Shown here: positions 21,901 through 29,241 of the stretch, piece after piece
Position numbering within the stretch: position 1 is the stretch's first letter
Layout: each line of letters starts with the position of its first letter
NCBI GenBank assembly: GCA_964187785.1
Contig: OZ076420.1
Span: 37,386,001 to 37,450,000, forward strand
Direction of reading: 5' to 3'
Length of the DNA: 64,000 bases
DNA from: Amphiscolops sp. MND2022
Lineage: Eukaryota
The notes under the pieces: model-generated
What the model was told of the DNA's origin: nothing
The model's input: the letters and a program-made list of their open reading frames with translations, nothing else
The model's database searches: none
Position numbers and translations under genes: made by a program

Positions 21901-22485
21901 GGTGTTACAGGCTGCACGATGCCCTTAATGAAACTAGTGGGAGACGTGAATGATGACACTCCCCGCACAAGAAGACGCAATGCCAAAAGGTCAGCGATCA
22001 GTGGACGTGTAGATCGTGGCAAAAAACGCAAAGATTTGAACTTGGTGAAGACCCACGACTGGAAAGCAATAGACTCAGAAGCATTTTCGGAAATGACCGA
22101 GTCAGAAGACGCCGCTAACCCCGGCGAAGTAGGCTTCATTTACATGAACAAGAAAAGTGGGCTGATTAAACTGGACGAGCTTTACTTGAAGCCGTTTTTC
22201 ACGAAGCGCTTCACGAGTGAAGAAATCAGAACGGGAAGAATCAAAATGAAGCAGTTGACAAATCAGTGGTATAGCAACATTCGGGGCCCGAACGACGAAG
22301 ACTCTAGTGCCGAAGATGACATCACTTTATTAGCCAATGATAGACGACAATCCGGGGATTCGCCGTCCAATAGCAACGGTCTCAACTTTTTATCTGTTCC
22401 TTCTAGTTCAGGCCGGGCAAATGCCAACCATGCTGTTAGTTCGAAAACAATTTCGGGGGCCCATGATGATCTTGGATCAATGTAG
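846..22485 (+). CDS. SLC9A8: Na+/H+ exchanger 8 (NHE8), 7 exons, 643 aa
   Basis: join(846-964,18190-18385,18882-19163,19752-19996,20691-20920,20999-21283,21911-22485) = 1932 nt, all GT-AG and phase-compatible. NHE8-type motifs [65 protein letters not shown]. Exon 1 is inferred. Confidence 0.9.
1185..2071. mobile_element. Non-autonomous hAT-type DNA transposon (887 bp)
   Basis: Imperfect 15-bp TIR CAGGGwTGTkCAAT; 8-bp TSD GAACAGCC/GAACAGCG (7/8). Confidence 0.75.
2637..2820 (+). repeat. Polinton left TIR
   Basis: Reverse complement of 16696-16878 with 4 substitutions and one G-run indel. Confidence 0.97.
3274..3280 (+). promoter_or_regulatory. Candidate TATA box for pPolB
   Basis: TATAAAA ~80 nt upstream of ATG 3360; position only. 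Confidence 0.4.
3360..7816 (+). CDS. polB: Protein-primed family B DNA polymerase (pPolB) polyprotein, spliced
   Basis: join(3360-4782,4853-7210,7275-7469,7551-7816) = 1413 aa; 1266 aa if intron 2 is retained (stop 7230). Three C2H2 fingers, GSGW, DNLCF/HYCLI, Exo I ADLEA, Exo II HNLSRYD, Exo III YLGTD, Pol motifs DVTSLY, KLMSNACFGK, YKDTDS, KLY/KGV. Intron 1 is well supported; the 3' exons are inferred. Confidence 0.92.
8111..8647 (-). CDS. Adenain-like cysteine (maturation) protease, 178 aa
   Basis: IINTSPAGALGKHW (His), WDCLG (Asp), LQNLSSNMCGLYC (Gln, Cys). ATG 8647 overlaps the MCP stop (ATGGATAG). Confidence 0.92.
   Translation of the reverse strand: MDSGTLHSAIIQNPRLITSFAGVWSADNFPKQPAWNKKRRQKNMLYPRPRLAWFQIINTSPAGALGKHWLLLGAVVTKQSSIRVFIWDCLGQPLSHYKTFAQRLRLLYRETGFLTINLRLQNLSSNMCGLYCLFMIDYIARNPTKVPNIDAKLKHFTEVEIVRFMNCQYKTHFRYIVV
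8640..9989 (-). CDS. Major capsid protein (double jelly-roll, hexon-like, Polinton PY), 449 aa
   Basis: Intact ORF of MCP size with Polinton PY-like segments (LDFFV..IDLNRIVL, NNTLHTLFS, FFLVFDLT). Typical position next to the protease. Confidence 0.85.
   Translation of the reverse strand: MASVNNMFVGNSLEIAKPVTHSALDYFEKPEVMINYEGSYDQEVFPHVGCRGPQLDFFVAAEAKNLIDLNRIVLSVEVAIYHDDGKTKAKPGDFEAVFSNNTLHTLFSHAELYLNGKLISHSNNCYLHSAFVETELTTDTDSKASWAKCQGYNYLAKSNEKDQMFNKLAADFAQLKECKMQLCGALHIDFLDCEKLLLPNVTLHIRLYRSPSNTIIHLKGTDDEAKAHEGKLLAIVEKASLFVRKVVVTDSVKLSIERALVKSDAIYPYIENLNKSFIIQAGQNCFIKENVFGTEPIRRLTLCMVKNSLFRSTPLNESPFSYQKFNLQRVEIQRGNGVPLAGTPLDTTNNVRLYYNTITALGFTQKSNGISLEDYTDNHFFLVFDLTSTEEASKTFTLFPELTGSSLTLKLYFEKALDDAIELFLIGERFSQVFIDSARNIKKNSSFDG
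10005..10498 (-). CDS. Core/membrane-active virion protein (PZ-like) with a frameshift near 10202-10208
   Basis: N-terminal FSGPARQMGSGGGIG plus an amphipathic helix. The -1 frame gives an Arg-rich C-terminus ending KRSRSDILSEIQFAQ* 15 nt before the MCP ATG (164 aa). The 0 frame runs on to 9932. Confidence 0.65.
10576..11583 (-). CDS. Minor capsid protein (penton-like, Polinton PX), 335 aa
   Basis: FTMNLVSNASMDTFPENTLSSFTTLLPTPIHLSGEWQVALVEIAWP N-terminal motif; MFLYCDLV; C-terminal TLAFR. Confidence 0.85.
   Translation of the reverse strand: MDGPSGTFDHSSYSQEFTMNLVSNASMDTFPENTLSSFTTLLPTPIHLSGEWQVALVEIAWPNSVQNVTVGEFTVSKRHIQPPIDKRPRKHILHGGISMTTPAPFRTQALPPSYTAPVTHRIKPGCYTSVESILEAISKIATGKKKVGEKRNASSPDIVPSLLTWKIDKVSGKIHVKFCGSIEKDGLKVFTESNDLQNILGTNVIIDCSEGPKEEEKIDAESPSNTIVKHVGKWPVDLNAGSHTMFLYCDLVQNQTLGDKQTALLRSVPLKSVTMVQTLGEMNHKSFTNLQWKRVIKPQFQSINVFLANEMGQKMPFLSCGRTNVTLAFRPAPRH
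11596..12756 (-). CDS. Retroviral-type (rve) integrase with N-terminal PHD-like finger, 386 aa
   Basis: DDE triad WSVDLAD / WVDKGREF / LAERNIR; SH3-like C-terminus; N-terminal C-x2-C..C-x2-C-GWVH-x2-C..C-x2-C. ATG 12756 lies 2 nt after the upstream stop. Confidence 0.93.
   Translation of the reverse strand: MKNKKWFCGSCKTGLGKGTKKTPSLWCHVCGWVHFKCSGLTDSKDYHDNFLCSNCKKHRKLLNDEVDRDYAAAFTKIHDYYTNPKKGSAFGGRLNLIKESKLRPKDVERYLNSSETYTKFKLTRKRFPRLKVICYRLNEIWSVDLADMQQLANSNSGIRYLFVAVDVLSRYLWVEPIKMKTAQSCREALKTIIAKNEKSPKPKICSERQSPEKIWVDKGREFSGDFATFCSQKGIQIYSTKSETKSALAERNIRSLKSLIFKYMHEHDQSRYCDKLHQFVAIINNRVNRMTKLAPSSVSNKDVNYLVSLCHTNAQKKPKFKIGQQVRIRRKIDTFHRGYKIQFTEELFTITAIPTTNPPTYVVKDCDGEIIQGKFYEPELVRFAPH
12759..13445 (-). 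CDS. Polinton conserved hypothetical protein (PW-like), 228 aa
   Basis: Intact ORF packed between neighbours; C-terminal P..LLAN and W..F pattern resembles PW-type proteins (recalled, not searched). Confidence 0.6.
   Translation of the reverse strand: MTAISSLRNLILITHEEYISLKQQAKKPDGREKQKQQILSNVGQDPQHVHQEQNMNVSEPVKQLSEEALVAQMNLNSRYPTETELTKSSEKVNESRQKPSDQVLSNLLESGVTGGKVERSRQILKKIEDCERTKIDDTNHTILLDQQDTGISVVEFLSALQVNTKQLPKKFLTLVEVLRLPQFLLANTYARHTSSQNQHQIRLAAGASPYKRQKLDNEIAPNQWLTNF
13429..13773 (-). CDS. Small basic Polinton hypothetical protein, 114 aa
   Basis: IIKFLCDCIFNVVKGKV...VSLKRKRQVL; overlaps the ATPase stop and the next ATG. Confidence 0.65.
   Translation of the reverse strand: MMNLQNYYTLSLYQKFSPTLRKFLILHCPDEIIKFLCDCIFNVVKGKVSLEKNVREKMSLLSREKSNIETICTKKRVSLKRKRQVLGSDRGLRLLKVVLPSVQSHLKKCHDSDQ
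13742..14443 (-). CDS. A32/FtsK-like DNA packaging ATPase, 233 aa
   Basis: Walker A GPAGCGKT, Walker B LVVIDD, GRHKN arginine-finger motif. ATG overlaps the upstream TGA (ATGA). Confidence 0.93.
   Translation of the reverse strand: MNKRISTNPHCFISIIGPAGCGKTNLIGRMITNQEKIFRPFFDRIIYFYKHGQDSYEKLKAGCSTKAVDLELVQGLEWNVLERSEALKQRTLVVIDDLYDEAAQTKEFLDLVIAGRHKNVHLMVLRHNLYQQSKNAKTIDLNVTQMILFNSPRDLEQIGILGRQLGERSTLMKAYKRATQHPFGHLMIDLDVRSSRNLRYSSHCSGDEPTHFHCATDQLFISINDEFTKLLYS
14440..14793 (-). CDS. Small membrane protein with two C-terminal hydrophobic helices, 117 aa
   Basis: RSLVLVCIHYVIILAVIFFCIVFLSL and GVLAILSACVGHVIPGP. Confidence 0.65.
   Translation of the reverse strand: MSNTDTCQSSGYCSELTLNLSGSQEDQLDCADLSVPNLERIIFNNKDEERPPYNFDCCESRIERSLVLVCIHYVIILAVIFFCIVFLSLCEAESKFASGVLAILSACVGHVIPGPKS
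14860..15267 (-). CDS. Phospholipase A2-like virion protein, 135 aa
   Basis: GGKIGPG (Ca-loop-like) followed by FHDAHGY (HD catalytic-like), with parvoviral-type PLA2 spacing. Confidence 0.6.
   Translation of the reverse strand: MFSAREICENFNAVNYLFPRNTTTKNAFLAVCRYLDENVDLRKVNVLAHSGGKIGPGDSKLDNYFNFSKILRLHAIFHDAHGYMRSFENVGPGYVYTITKTQSFRNNMLLGHVSGIAYWTFVKIFHPEHFDAFPF
15321..16160 (-). CDS. Hypothetical protein, 279 aa, with HUH-like motif
   Basis: Intact ORF with ATG and upstream TATAAAA; contains HYHILL. Confidence 0.7.
   Translation of the reverse strand: MTTVFREIPSNYWLLLFSTDEKTEKVASGSRAQKESNQGMPSSVAEMLEKLTSSNDCQFLYRKHNIQENSDGQLEDFCQWMPSNHYHILLYLPHSAGGEKLIKQSVSQTLSNVHNAKVKLLTVSYPENFSKAETSIYCDESLVVRGEKMQKLIKAKTSVSLGCSFVSLWELEKNNSFGNCADSEKALYVFQKLLELEKSDAPFKDTIISYIDLLQRGVGRFFVTEHSRTLDIDLGVSNAQCTCYECLYQPLHETPDDQNRNTQLFSLFNEDTIIDTSFL
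16192..16198 (-). promoter_or_regulatory. Candidate TATA box for the minus-strand gene block
   Basis: TATAAAA on the minus strand ~32 nt upstream of ATG 16160. Confidence 0.45.
16696..16878 (-). repeat. Polinton right TIR
   Basis: Reverse complement of 2637-2820. Confidence 0.97.
17150..17780 (+). mobile_element. Degenerate non-LTR retrotransposon (LINE) RT fragment
   Basis: Decayed reading FLSLIGKLFESILVERI resembles RT subdomain 2; many stops and frameshifts. Confidence 0.45.
18190..18385 (+). CDS. SLC9A8: NHE8 exon 2 (first TM helices)
   Basis: tttcag acceptor; QEEEHLNSLVIFFVLTILLLCIFLVHFLIRFKLNVLPESIAV; donor CAG|GTATCT. Confidence 0.9.
18882..19163 (+). CDS. SLC9A8: NHE8 exon 3
   Basis: [34 protein letters not shown]...[12 protein letters not shown]; GT-AG bounded. 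Confidence 0.95.
19334..19494. repeat. Foldback/MITE-like inverted repeat in NHE8 intron 3
   Basis: Perfect 35-bp arms at 19357-19391 and 19433-19467, with imperfect outer extension. Confidence 0.8.
19752..19996 (+). CDS. SLC9A8: NHE8 exon 4
   Basis: [25 protein letters not shown]; donor AG|GTAAGA. Confidence 0.95.
20691..20920 (+). CDS. SLC9A8: NHE8 exon 5
   Basis: DTPSLEFGFILIFAYLPYGLAEGMHLSGIM...CVFAYLGL; donor G|GTAAGC. Confidence 0.93.
20999..21283 (+). CDS. SLC9A8: NHE8 exon 6
   Basis: IFSFHHRVE...RAVNIFPLSF...[15 protein letters not shown]...STLILG. Confidence 0.93.
21911..22485 (+). CDS. SLC9A8: NHE8 exon 7 (cytoplasmic tail, stop)
   Basis: ttacag acceptor, phase 1: GCTMPLMKLV...LDELYLKPFFTKRFT...GSM*. 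Confidence 0.9.
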
Positions 22486-24621
22486 ATTTTACTCTACCGC
22501 TACTGCAGTTCAAATCAGTTTCAAATGGTTGCCGATGCGTTTATGACGTATGATTGAAAGACGAAAAGTGACATCATTGTATACGATTTGTCATTGGTCC
22601 AGAGCAATACGACCTCGTCCAATTTCATTGGTTATGAGGGATCAGCCAATCACGGGGTTTTCGACGTGTAGATTCATCCTATAGACTGCCAGAGTGAATT
22701 GTAGCTATTCCCTAACCTATTCCATTCACTATCGTGTAGTTGCCAAGCATCTAATACTTGACTTCTCTCAAGTCATCATATCTTTGAAAAGTATTTTGAA
22801 AATGTTTTTGCTTCACATGCCGTTTTTGTGGTAAAAAAAAGTACATTCGAGTGCTTGCAATTTTCAGAAGTTATTGCCTCGTATCGAACGTAATTGGAAT
22901 TAGAGTTCAAATTCTTTCAGGATCTATGAAAAGACTTCTCTCGTTAGGTTTGTATTGTAATTGTGTATCCTGTCTTGACCATTGAATTCATTTCACAAGA
23001 AGGCATTTAGTTTTAGCCTACCCTATTGAACTCAATGTCTCAAATGGTTTCCCTCGATCATACACAAACTTGAGAATTCTATGCGATGTTATTCCAAAGC
23101 TTTTATTTTCTCATGGTAGTCATCGAAAAACGTGTTCATCAAACCTTACGCACTTATCCAAGTTTAAAGGGCCCGTGCGTACTGAAACCATATGGCACTG
23201 AAGCTATCATGGAGCAATGTGTTTGAGGCCATACTGCAGGGTCCAAAGTCAGCAATTTATTCTGAAAAGGTGTTAATAACTCAATTACGCTGGAAGCTGC
23301 AGAGTCTCCTTGCAGTGTCAATAATGGCCCATCTGAGTAATTCAAGTTGAAAATACTCTTAATTCGATGTTATTTTTTCTGCCTAATTTTTTTTTCACTC
23401 TAAGCGCACGTCTTAGTGTTTTTGGTTTGTAGCATCGAAATATTATTGTTTTCATGTAGCCGTATCATAGACGGGTGCTCAAAGAGTTGTCTATCATAAA
23501 TTGGACATTAATAATATTATTCTATCAGCTGTAAAACTAAATTCTACAGGTAACTCAGTGCAATTTTTGGAGTATAATACTGGTGATTTTATTGAACTGT
23601 ATCATGAAAGTTTTCTTGTCTGTGAAAGTCTCGCGAAACATGGTTTCACATTGTTCGCATTTTTTTTCGTTTTCTATGCTATTATTCTTGTAACTGAAAA
23701 ACAAGCTCTATTAATTCTTTGCTCCGCCTTCGCTTTTCCACGTTTTCCATTCACATTCCGAATTCCAAACTTTTCAGTTTTTTTTGCAAACGCTATCAAA
23801 ATTTAGATATCTTGAAACCAAGCTCATCAGATTAAGTTTGGTTTTCTGACGATCTTGGTTTGATTGAAGTGATTCAATTTTAGGATCATCTGAGTTGATC
23901 TTTATCGAGTTCTTTATCGAATTTTCCTGGTTGTTTTTCAAGTTATAACATTGAAAAAATATATATCAAGACTTGAAGCTTTCACCCACTTCATTGCCCT
24001 GTTTTTGATTGTTTTAATTTATGAATTTTGCCCAAATATGATTCAAACTTCCGCCAAAGCAATTATTCCTTTGTGTATGTATATTATAATCAGACATTTA
24101 GGTGCTAATTTAATATTGTCACAATTTTATAGTGTTCAATTTTACATCATGAAGCGATGCCCTTTGAGATCTCTTGTGATCTCCAACTTTCCTCAGTCTA
24201 ATTCAGCGTAAAGAAACAAATGTTTTTAAATAGGACTCTTTATATGCAAAAAAATTTGCAAACGTTTTATTGGTACATTCAGACAAATTTAGAAACATTT
24301 GAACGAATTGTCATAATTTTTGACACATTAATGATTCAATCATGCTTTAAAAAATTGTTCGTTTTTAATTTCTATGGATATGGATTGTGCTCGAAGATAC
24401 TGAACAACAGATGATCAGTTTTCGTGCATGCGTCGTCTGTCCCACATCTATCGTATCTCGTAAAAATCTAATTTAGTATAATTTTTGTATATCATGTACA
24501 AATCATGCTCAAATGCTGCACTTCATGGTCATTGAATTGATTCAGTGATTGCTTCATGATGTGAAATCGCAATATGGTTCTGTTGATGGATATTTGAACT
24601 TTTCCTGTTTAGTTGTGACTG

Positions 24622-25045
24622 TTATGGGGGTCTTTTCTGTTTTCCCCCACCATCTAAATTTTTTCGAAAAATTTGTTAAAATATTGAAATGAAAAGACTC
24701 AAAACTAAACTAGAAACTTGTAATTTTATATTAACTCTCAGGACGACAGTTTAGATCTCAGATACAAACTTTGTTCACGCAGTTTACCTCACGAAGTCAC
24801 GAATTCTTGTTGAAAACTCACCAGCGTCCTGTTTTGAGTCACAAAAAACAGTTACTTTTCATCATAAATACAGTCAAAATGTGTGAAAAATATTTTGTTC
24901 AAACGAAAAACGATTCCAATAGAAGTTAATTACATGTTATGGAAAGAAATTTCACTTCGAATTCAACTAGTTTGAGTTTTTTTTTGTAAATTTCGCTCAA
25001 AAAATTTTGATGGTGGGTGGGAAAACAGAAAAGAGCCTGTTATGG
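24622..25045. mobile_element. MITE-like element with ~35-bp imperfect inverted ends
   Basis: TCTTTTCTGTTTTCCC(A)CCACCATC at ~24631 and its reverse complement at ~25008-25033. Confidence 0.5.
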
Positions 25046-25349
25046 AATTTTCAGGATTTCTAAATGAATAAAACTGTACTTATTCAGTTGGTGTACATGT
25101 TGTTGACCCTTGGTTGGTTGGTTATATATCGCAAGTAGTTTGCTAAGTATTGGTAGCTTTACTTGATGTGTTCCTGGATGTAAATTGTTGAAATTATTAG
25201 CAGACATGATAAGTTATGTCCAAGGAGACTGTAAATTTTTGACCGGAAGGATAAAGACAACGAATATTTTAGCTCAATTTCACTAATGAATTTTTTTCAT
25301 ACCCACTTTTTTCTGAGTTGTGAAGAATCGAGTGATCTTTATTGTTATA

Positions 25350-25521
25350 CAGTGGATCCGGCGGATATAAGAAACTCGCTTATATGAAATACCCGCTTAT
25401 AGTCAATGAGTATCTTGGCCGCGACTGGTTCATTCCTTTTAAAACCCGCATATAAGACAGTTCGATTATAAGAAACATCAATAGTCGTTCCCCTGACGGT
25501 GATTATATCCGGGATCCGCTG
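25350..25521. mobile_element. pogo/Tigger-type MITE (172 bp)
   Basis: TA TSD on both sides; TIR CAGyGGATCC..CGGATATAA. Confidence 0.75.
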
Positions 25522-26929
25522 TAATTGTATATACACCCATGGTTGTTTTCGTACCGGAAAAGTTGGAAGTACAAAATACGTTTGTAGGTTTTAGTCTTCT
25601 AGTATATTGGCTGGTATTCGAAATACGGCTTATCTTCGCGAATGCTTTTGATCGAAAAAGTACCATTGTTTGACTCTAACTAGTAGGTTGGTAAATACTC
25701 CAAAGTTGTAATTATAACTTTGTAAATTTTGGAATGTTACTCTTGAAATTTTCGCAAAAGTTCTATTTGATACGCCTTTGAGGTGTTATTTCATCTTTTC
25801 TAGAATAACTAGTGTTAAGACGTATCGATTTCTGACGTCACATCTAGAAATCAAAGTTGCATTTATCTGCAGATTTTATCGATTGACCATGTAATTATAT
25901 TTACTATGATTTTGGGAACGCTTGCTTATTAGCAAAGTTCAAAAGTGGATCTACTTAATGCTGCAGTATTTAGAGCTGTTTCAAGCATTTTGCAGGCCTT
26001 CATATCCATGCTGCTTAATCATGTTTCAATATGAAACTCCAGAAGAGTGTTACCAATAGGTTTTCAGTTTAAACTTTCCATATATGTTGTGCTTGTTTCG
26101 TACAATGACTGGTTGGTTCTTCTTTGAGCCAGAAATGAGCGTCTAGACGTGTCCACATTTTGCACCACATGCCGGTTCCTAAAACTTGATCTCAATAATA
26201 TCTTCAAAAAGTGCCGACTGGTGTGCTTCTTTTCAGCGTCTTTCCAAAACTGAAACTGGTTGATTTCAAGTGAGTTCAACTGAATTTGCATTGATGGCAC
26301 TTTGAAAGACATTGCCATGTGTTTTTCTTGAAAATCAATTGTATCGAAAAGATTGAACAATGCTAACTTCGTTTTATTCTTGGACAAAATTCATGAAAGG
26401 GAAAATCTTCATGTTTAGGAGTTATGTCGTTCGAAATCATGCTCAATGACAAGTATTTCATCTTAATGTAGATTTTTCAACCTTTTCAATTTTTTGAAAC
26501 TAACTTTTTAAATAGTTAGCTACGTTGAAGGACAAAAGGAATGTTCAAACTTGCAATTTTCCAAGAAATGAATAATTCTTGAAAGCTCCATCTGAATTTT
26601 TCCAATGGACCGATTATTTGGATCCGTTTTGAAAAAATTTCTGCGCGAGCTTGAATATTTTTACATGGCAGTCTGTTTTTTAGTCGGCACATTCTTGAAA
26701 TTGAAACGCGAACTGTAATAGTGGCTTTTCGTCGATTTTTATTTTTTAGTCTTCGCTTCATGAAGTGAAAAGCGACTATTAATTATAGTGACTTTTTTTT
26801 CAATCCACACGAACTGACCAAAATAGTTCTTGAAAGTTCTTTAAAATTTTATGGTCCGAAATTGAATAATTTGGCCTAGCGAACCGATCCAAAAAGGTTT
26901 TCCTCTTTTTCAGCGTAACATAGAATACT

Positions 26930-27329
26930 GGAAGAGACTAAAGGGTCCCCCCTTTCCAGTTTTTTTCGGCATTGTGAGACTTTTTTTTCGAAAACTTTTC
27001 CCAATTTTTTTTATTCCCCCATCATTTTTTTGATGTTTTGCGACAGAATGGATGTTGAAAAATCTCAAAGGGTCCCCCTTTCAGTTTTTTTTCGTCATTG
27101 TGAGACTTTTTTCGGAAAAAAATTCACCAAAGGGCCCCTTCATTTTTTTGATGTTTTGCAACAATGGGTGTAAAAAATGCGAAAGAGTCTCCACTTTTAG
27201 CACGCCAATTCGGTCCAACTTTTTGGGTTTTCCAGGTACTGCAGAAGAGAATACTTTGACACTTTGAAGTCCTTTTGCTATTTTTGAGACTTAGCTATGG
27301 CGCCGACTTGGTCCGGTCCCGGCTTGTTT
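26930..27329 (+). repeat. Abundant interspersed repeat family copy
   Basis: Shares the AAGGG(T)CCCC / GTGAGACTTTTT subrepeats and the conserved 3' end GTACTG.AGAAGAGAATACTTTGACA...GGCGCCGACTTGG.CCG.TCC.GGCTTGTTT with 60690-61036. Partial copies at 2515-2560 (-) and 20379-20420. Confidence 0.8.
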
Positions 27330-27952
27330 CAAGTTCGAATCAATTTCCAAATGCTATTGAAGGTACTTACACTGGTGATGAAAGTACAGTTATGGGAAGG
27401 AACTTGGGGATATTTTAATTAAGATTCGGGCTGCAAATTGAAAGATGAGAGGCCCGGATGCACTGCGATATATTAGGATATTCTGTCATTATGCCATTGA
27501 AAAGAAATTTAGACATCTTCCAACCTAAGTTGTTTGACAAAGAAGCATCTGATTATTTTTTAACATCAAAAGCTTCTACAGTTCTGGAGAATAGTTCATG
27601 CAAATTTGCTTTCAGAGATCCAAAATGACAATTCGGAAATGAGTTTCACTTGCCATCGTCCTGACAAGACAAAACATAGTTCGGATAAGATGTCAGTTCG
27701 GATTTAGCGCATCCTATATAATATATGCGTTATATTAGAGAACGGCATCTCTATAATTAAATTTGGACAGATTCGAAAGTTGAAAAGTGGCTCATTTTTA
27801 TAAAAGATCCCCGTTTTTTATAAACTTGGTATATTTCATAAATGACTTCAATTATTGCACATGACGAAGTCAATGTGCATTGCAGTCCAGCTAAGTAAGT
27901 TTTTTTCCACTATAGTCAACTTCATAATGAGCGCCTTTTAGAAAAAAGCCAA

Positions 27953-28024
27953 AACCCCAGAGAGATTCGAACCTGCAGCCTCCCGATTGCACGGCATAAA
28001 TGTTGACCACTGAGCCATAGGGAC
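27953..28024 (-). pseudogene. tRNA-like sequence (pseudo-tRNA or SINE head)
   Basis: A box TGGCTCAGTGG and B box GGTTCGAATC; stems imperfect. Confidence 0.5.
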
Positions 28025-28381
28025 GTTATTGAACAAAGTTGAATTGTTGAATATATACGCATGCGATTAAAATAATATATATACGCATATTAAAATAATC
28101 GATGTCTTCGTCATGTGCTGCGAAGCACCGCTTCGCCTTTGTGTTCAGATATCTTTTACCGTTACATCAAAAAAATTTTAGTTCGATTTTAGTTTCGTAA
28201 TTATAATTGCATTAATACAAACAGCCTCGGATAACGTAGATTTCAGTGCTTTTTCGAGCATTAGGCCAACCGGTATTGACATATTGAAGGCAGGATTCTT
28301 TTCCCTGCAACTCATCCGTGACTTCTTCGAAAGTTGAGATTCGCTTACGCACTAAAAGGCCAAATTTTGACTATTGATTGT

Positions 28382-29241
28382 CAGGGTTGGCCAAAATAAA
28401 ACATGGGTGTTTTAAAACACTGTTTTATTTTGAATAAAATACAATCCCATCCAGGGCTGTTCACAATTAAAATGCAATCATTTTTTGAGTCTACAATTTT
28501 AATTACATTTTTTAACATTGTCAACAATTATAATTGCATTTATTGTTACATTTTTTCTTATATAAAAAATATATGTAAAACATTTGAAATTGAAAGGAAA
28601 ACAGAAAGTCCCGGTTGACTGCTAAGAAAAATGGACTTTTAAGGTGGTGTGGTAGCATGGATTTTCTGTAGAATGTCCTTTTCCAGACTTGAAATTTCCT
28701 CTCCGTTCTGATACTTTCTCAGCGCTGTTTCAAAAACCGGTGAATGAATTACACAGTGACGCAGAAACAAAATGTTACATTTATTTACATGTTACAATTT
28801 TTATTGCATTTTTTCCAATGATCACATTTTCTAGTACCAGTGGAAAAAATGACAATTATTGTTATGACAATTCATTTTTGAACAGCCCTGATCCCGTCAA
28901 ATGTTTTTTGTTTCATTTAGATGTGATCGTTGTAGACAGACAAGTAGGCGTCTAAAATGAGCAAATTAAAGAAATGTCAAGTGAAAATGAAAATCTATCT
29001 CGAAGGATTGCTGAAATTGGCACTCGAAATGGCATGTCTAGTCCATCCACTCTGATCTTCGCAACAGGCTTGGAGTTCAGAAAGCTGAAAAACTTACTTT
29101 TGTGATGCGATATTTGAATGATATTGAATAAGATTATTCTTTCAAGCTCATTTTTCTGTCTTTGTCCGAGGGAATTTTAAACATGTTTTAAAACGTTTGT
29201 TTTGTTTAAAATTAATTTAAAACATAGAATGGCCAACCCTG
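28382..29241. mobile_element. hAT-type MITE (860 bp) containing a nested MITE
   Basis: 12-bp TIR CAGGGTTGGCCA; TSD TTGATTGT/TTGATTGC. Confidence 0.8.
28452..28890. mobile_element. Nested hAT-type MITE (439 bp)
   Basis: 12-bp TIR CAGGGCTGTTCA; TSD ATCCCATC/ATCCCGTC. Confidence 0.8.

Noticed and set aside
27953-28024. Functional tRNA genes here and at 38355, 38614, 54855 and 60605
   Set aside because: A/B boxes are present, but acceptor and anticodon stems do not pair properly by eye.
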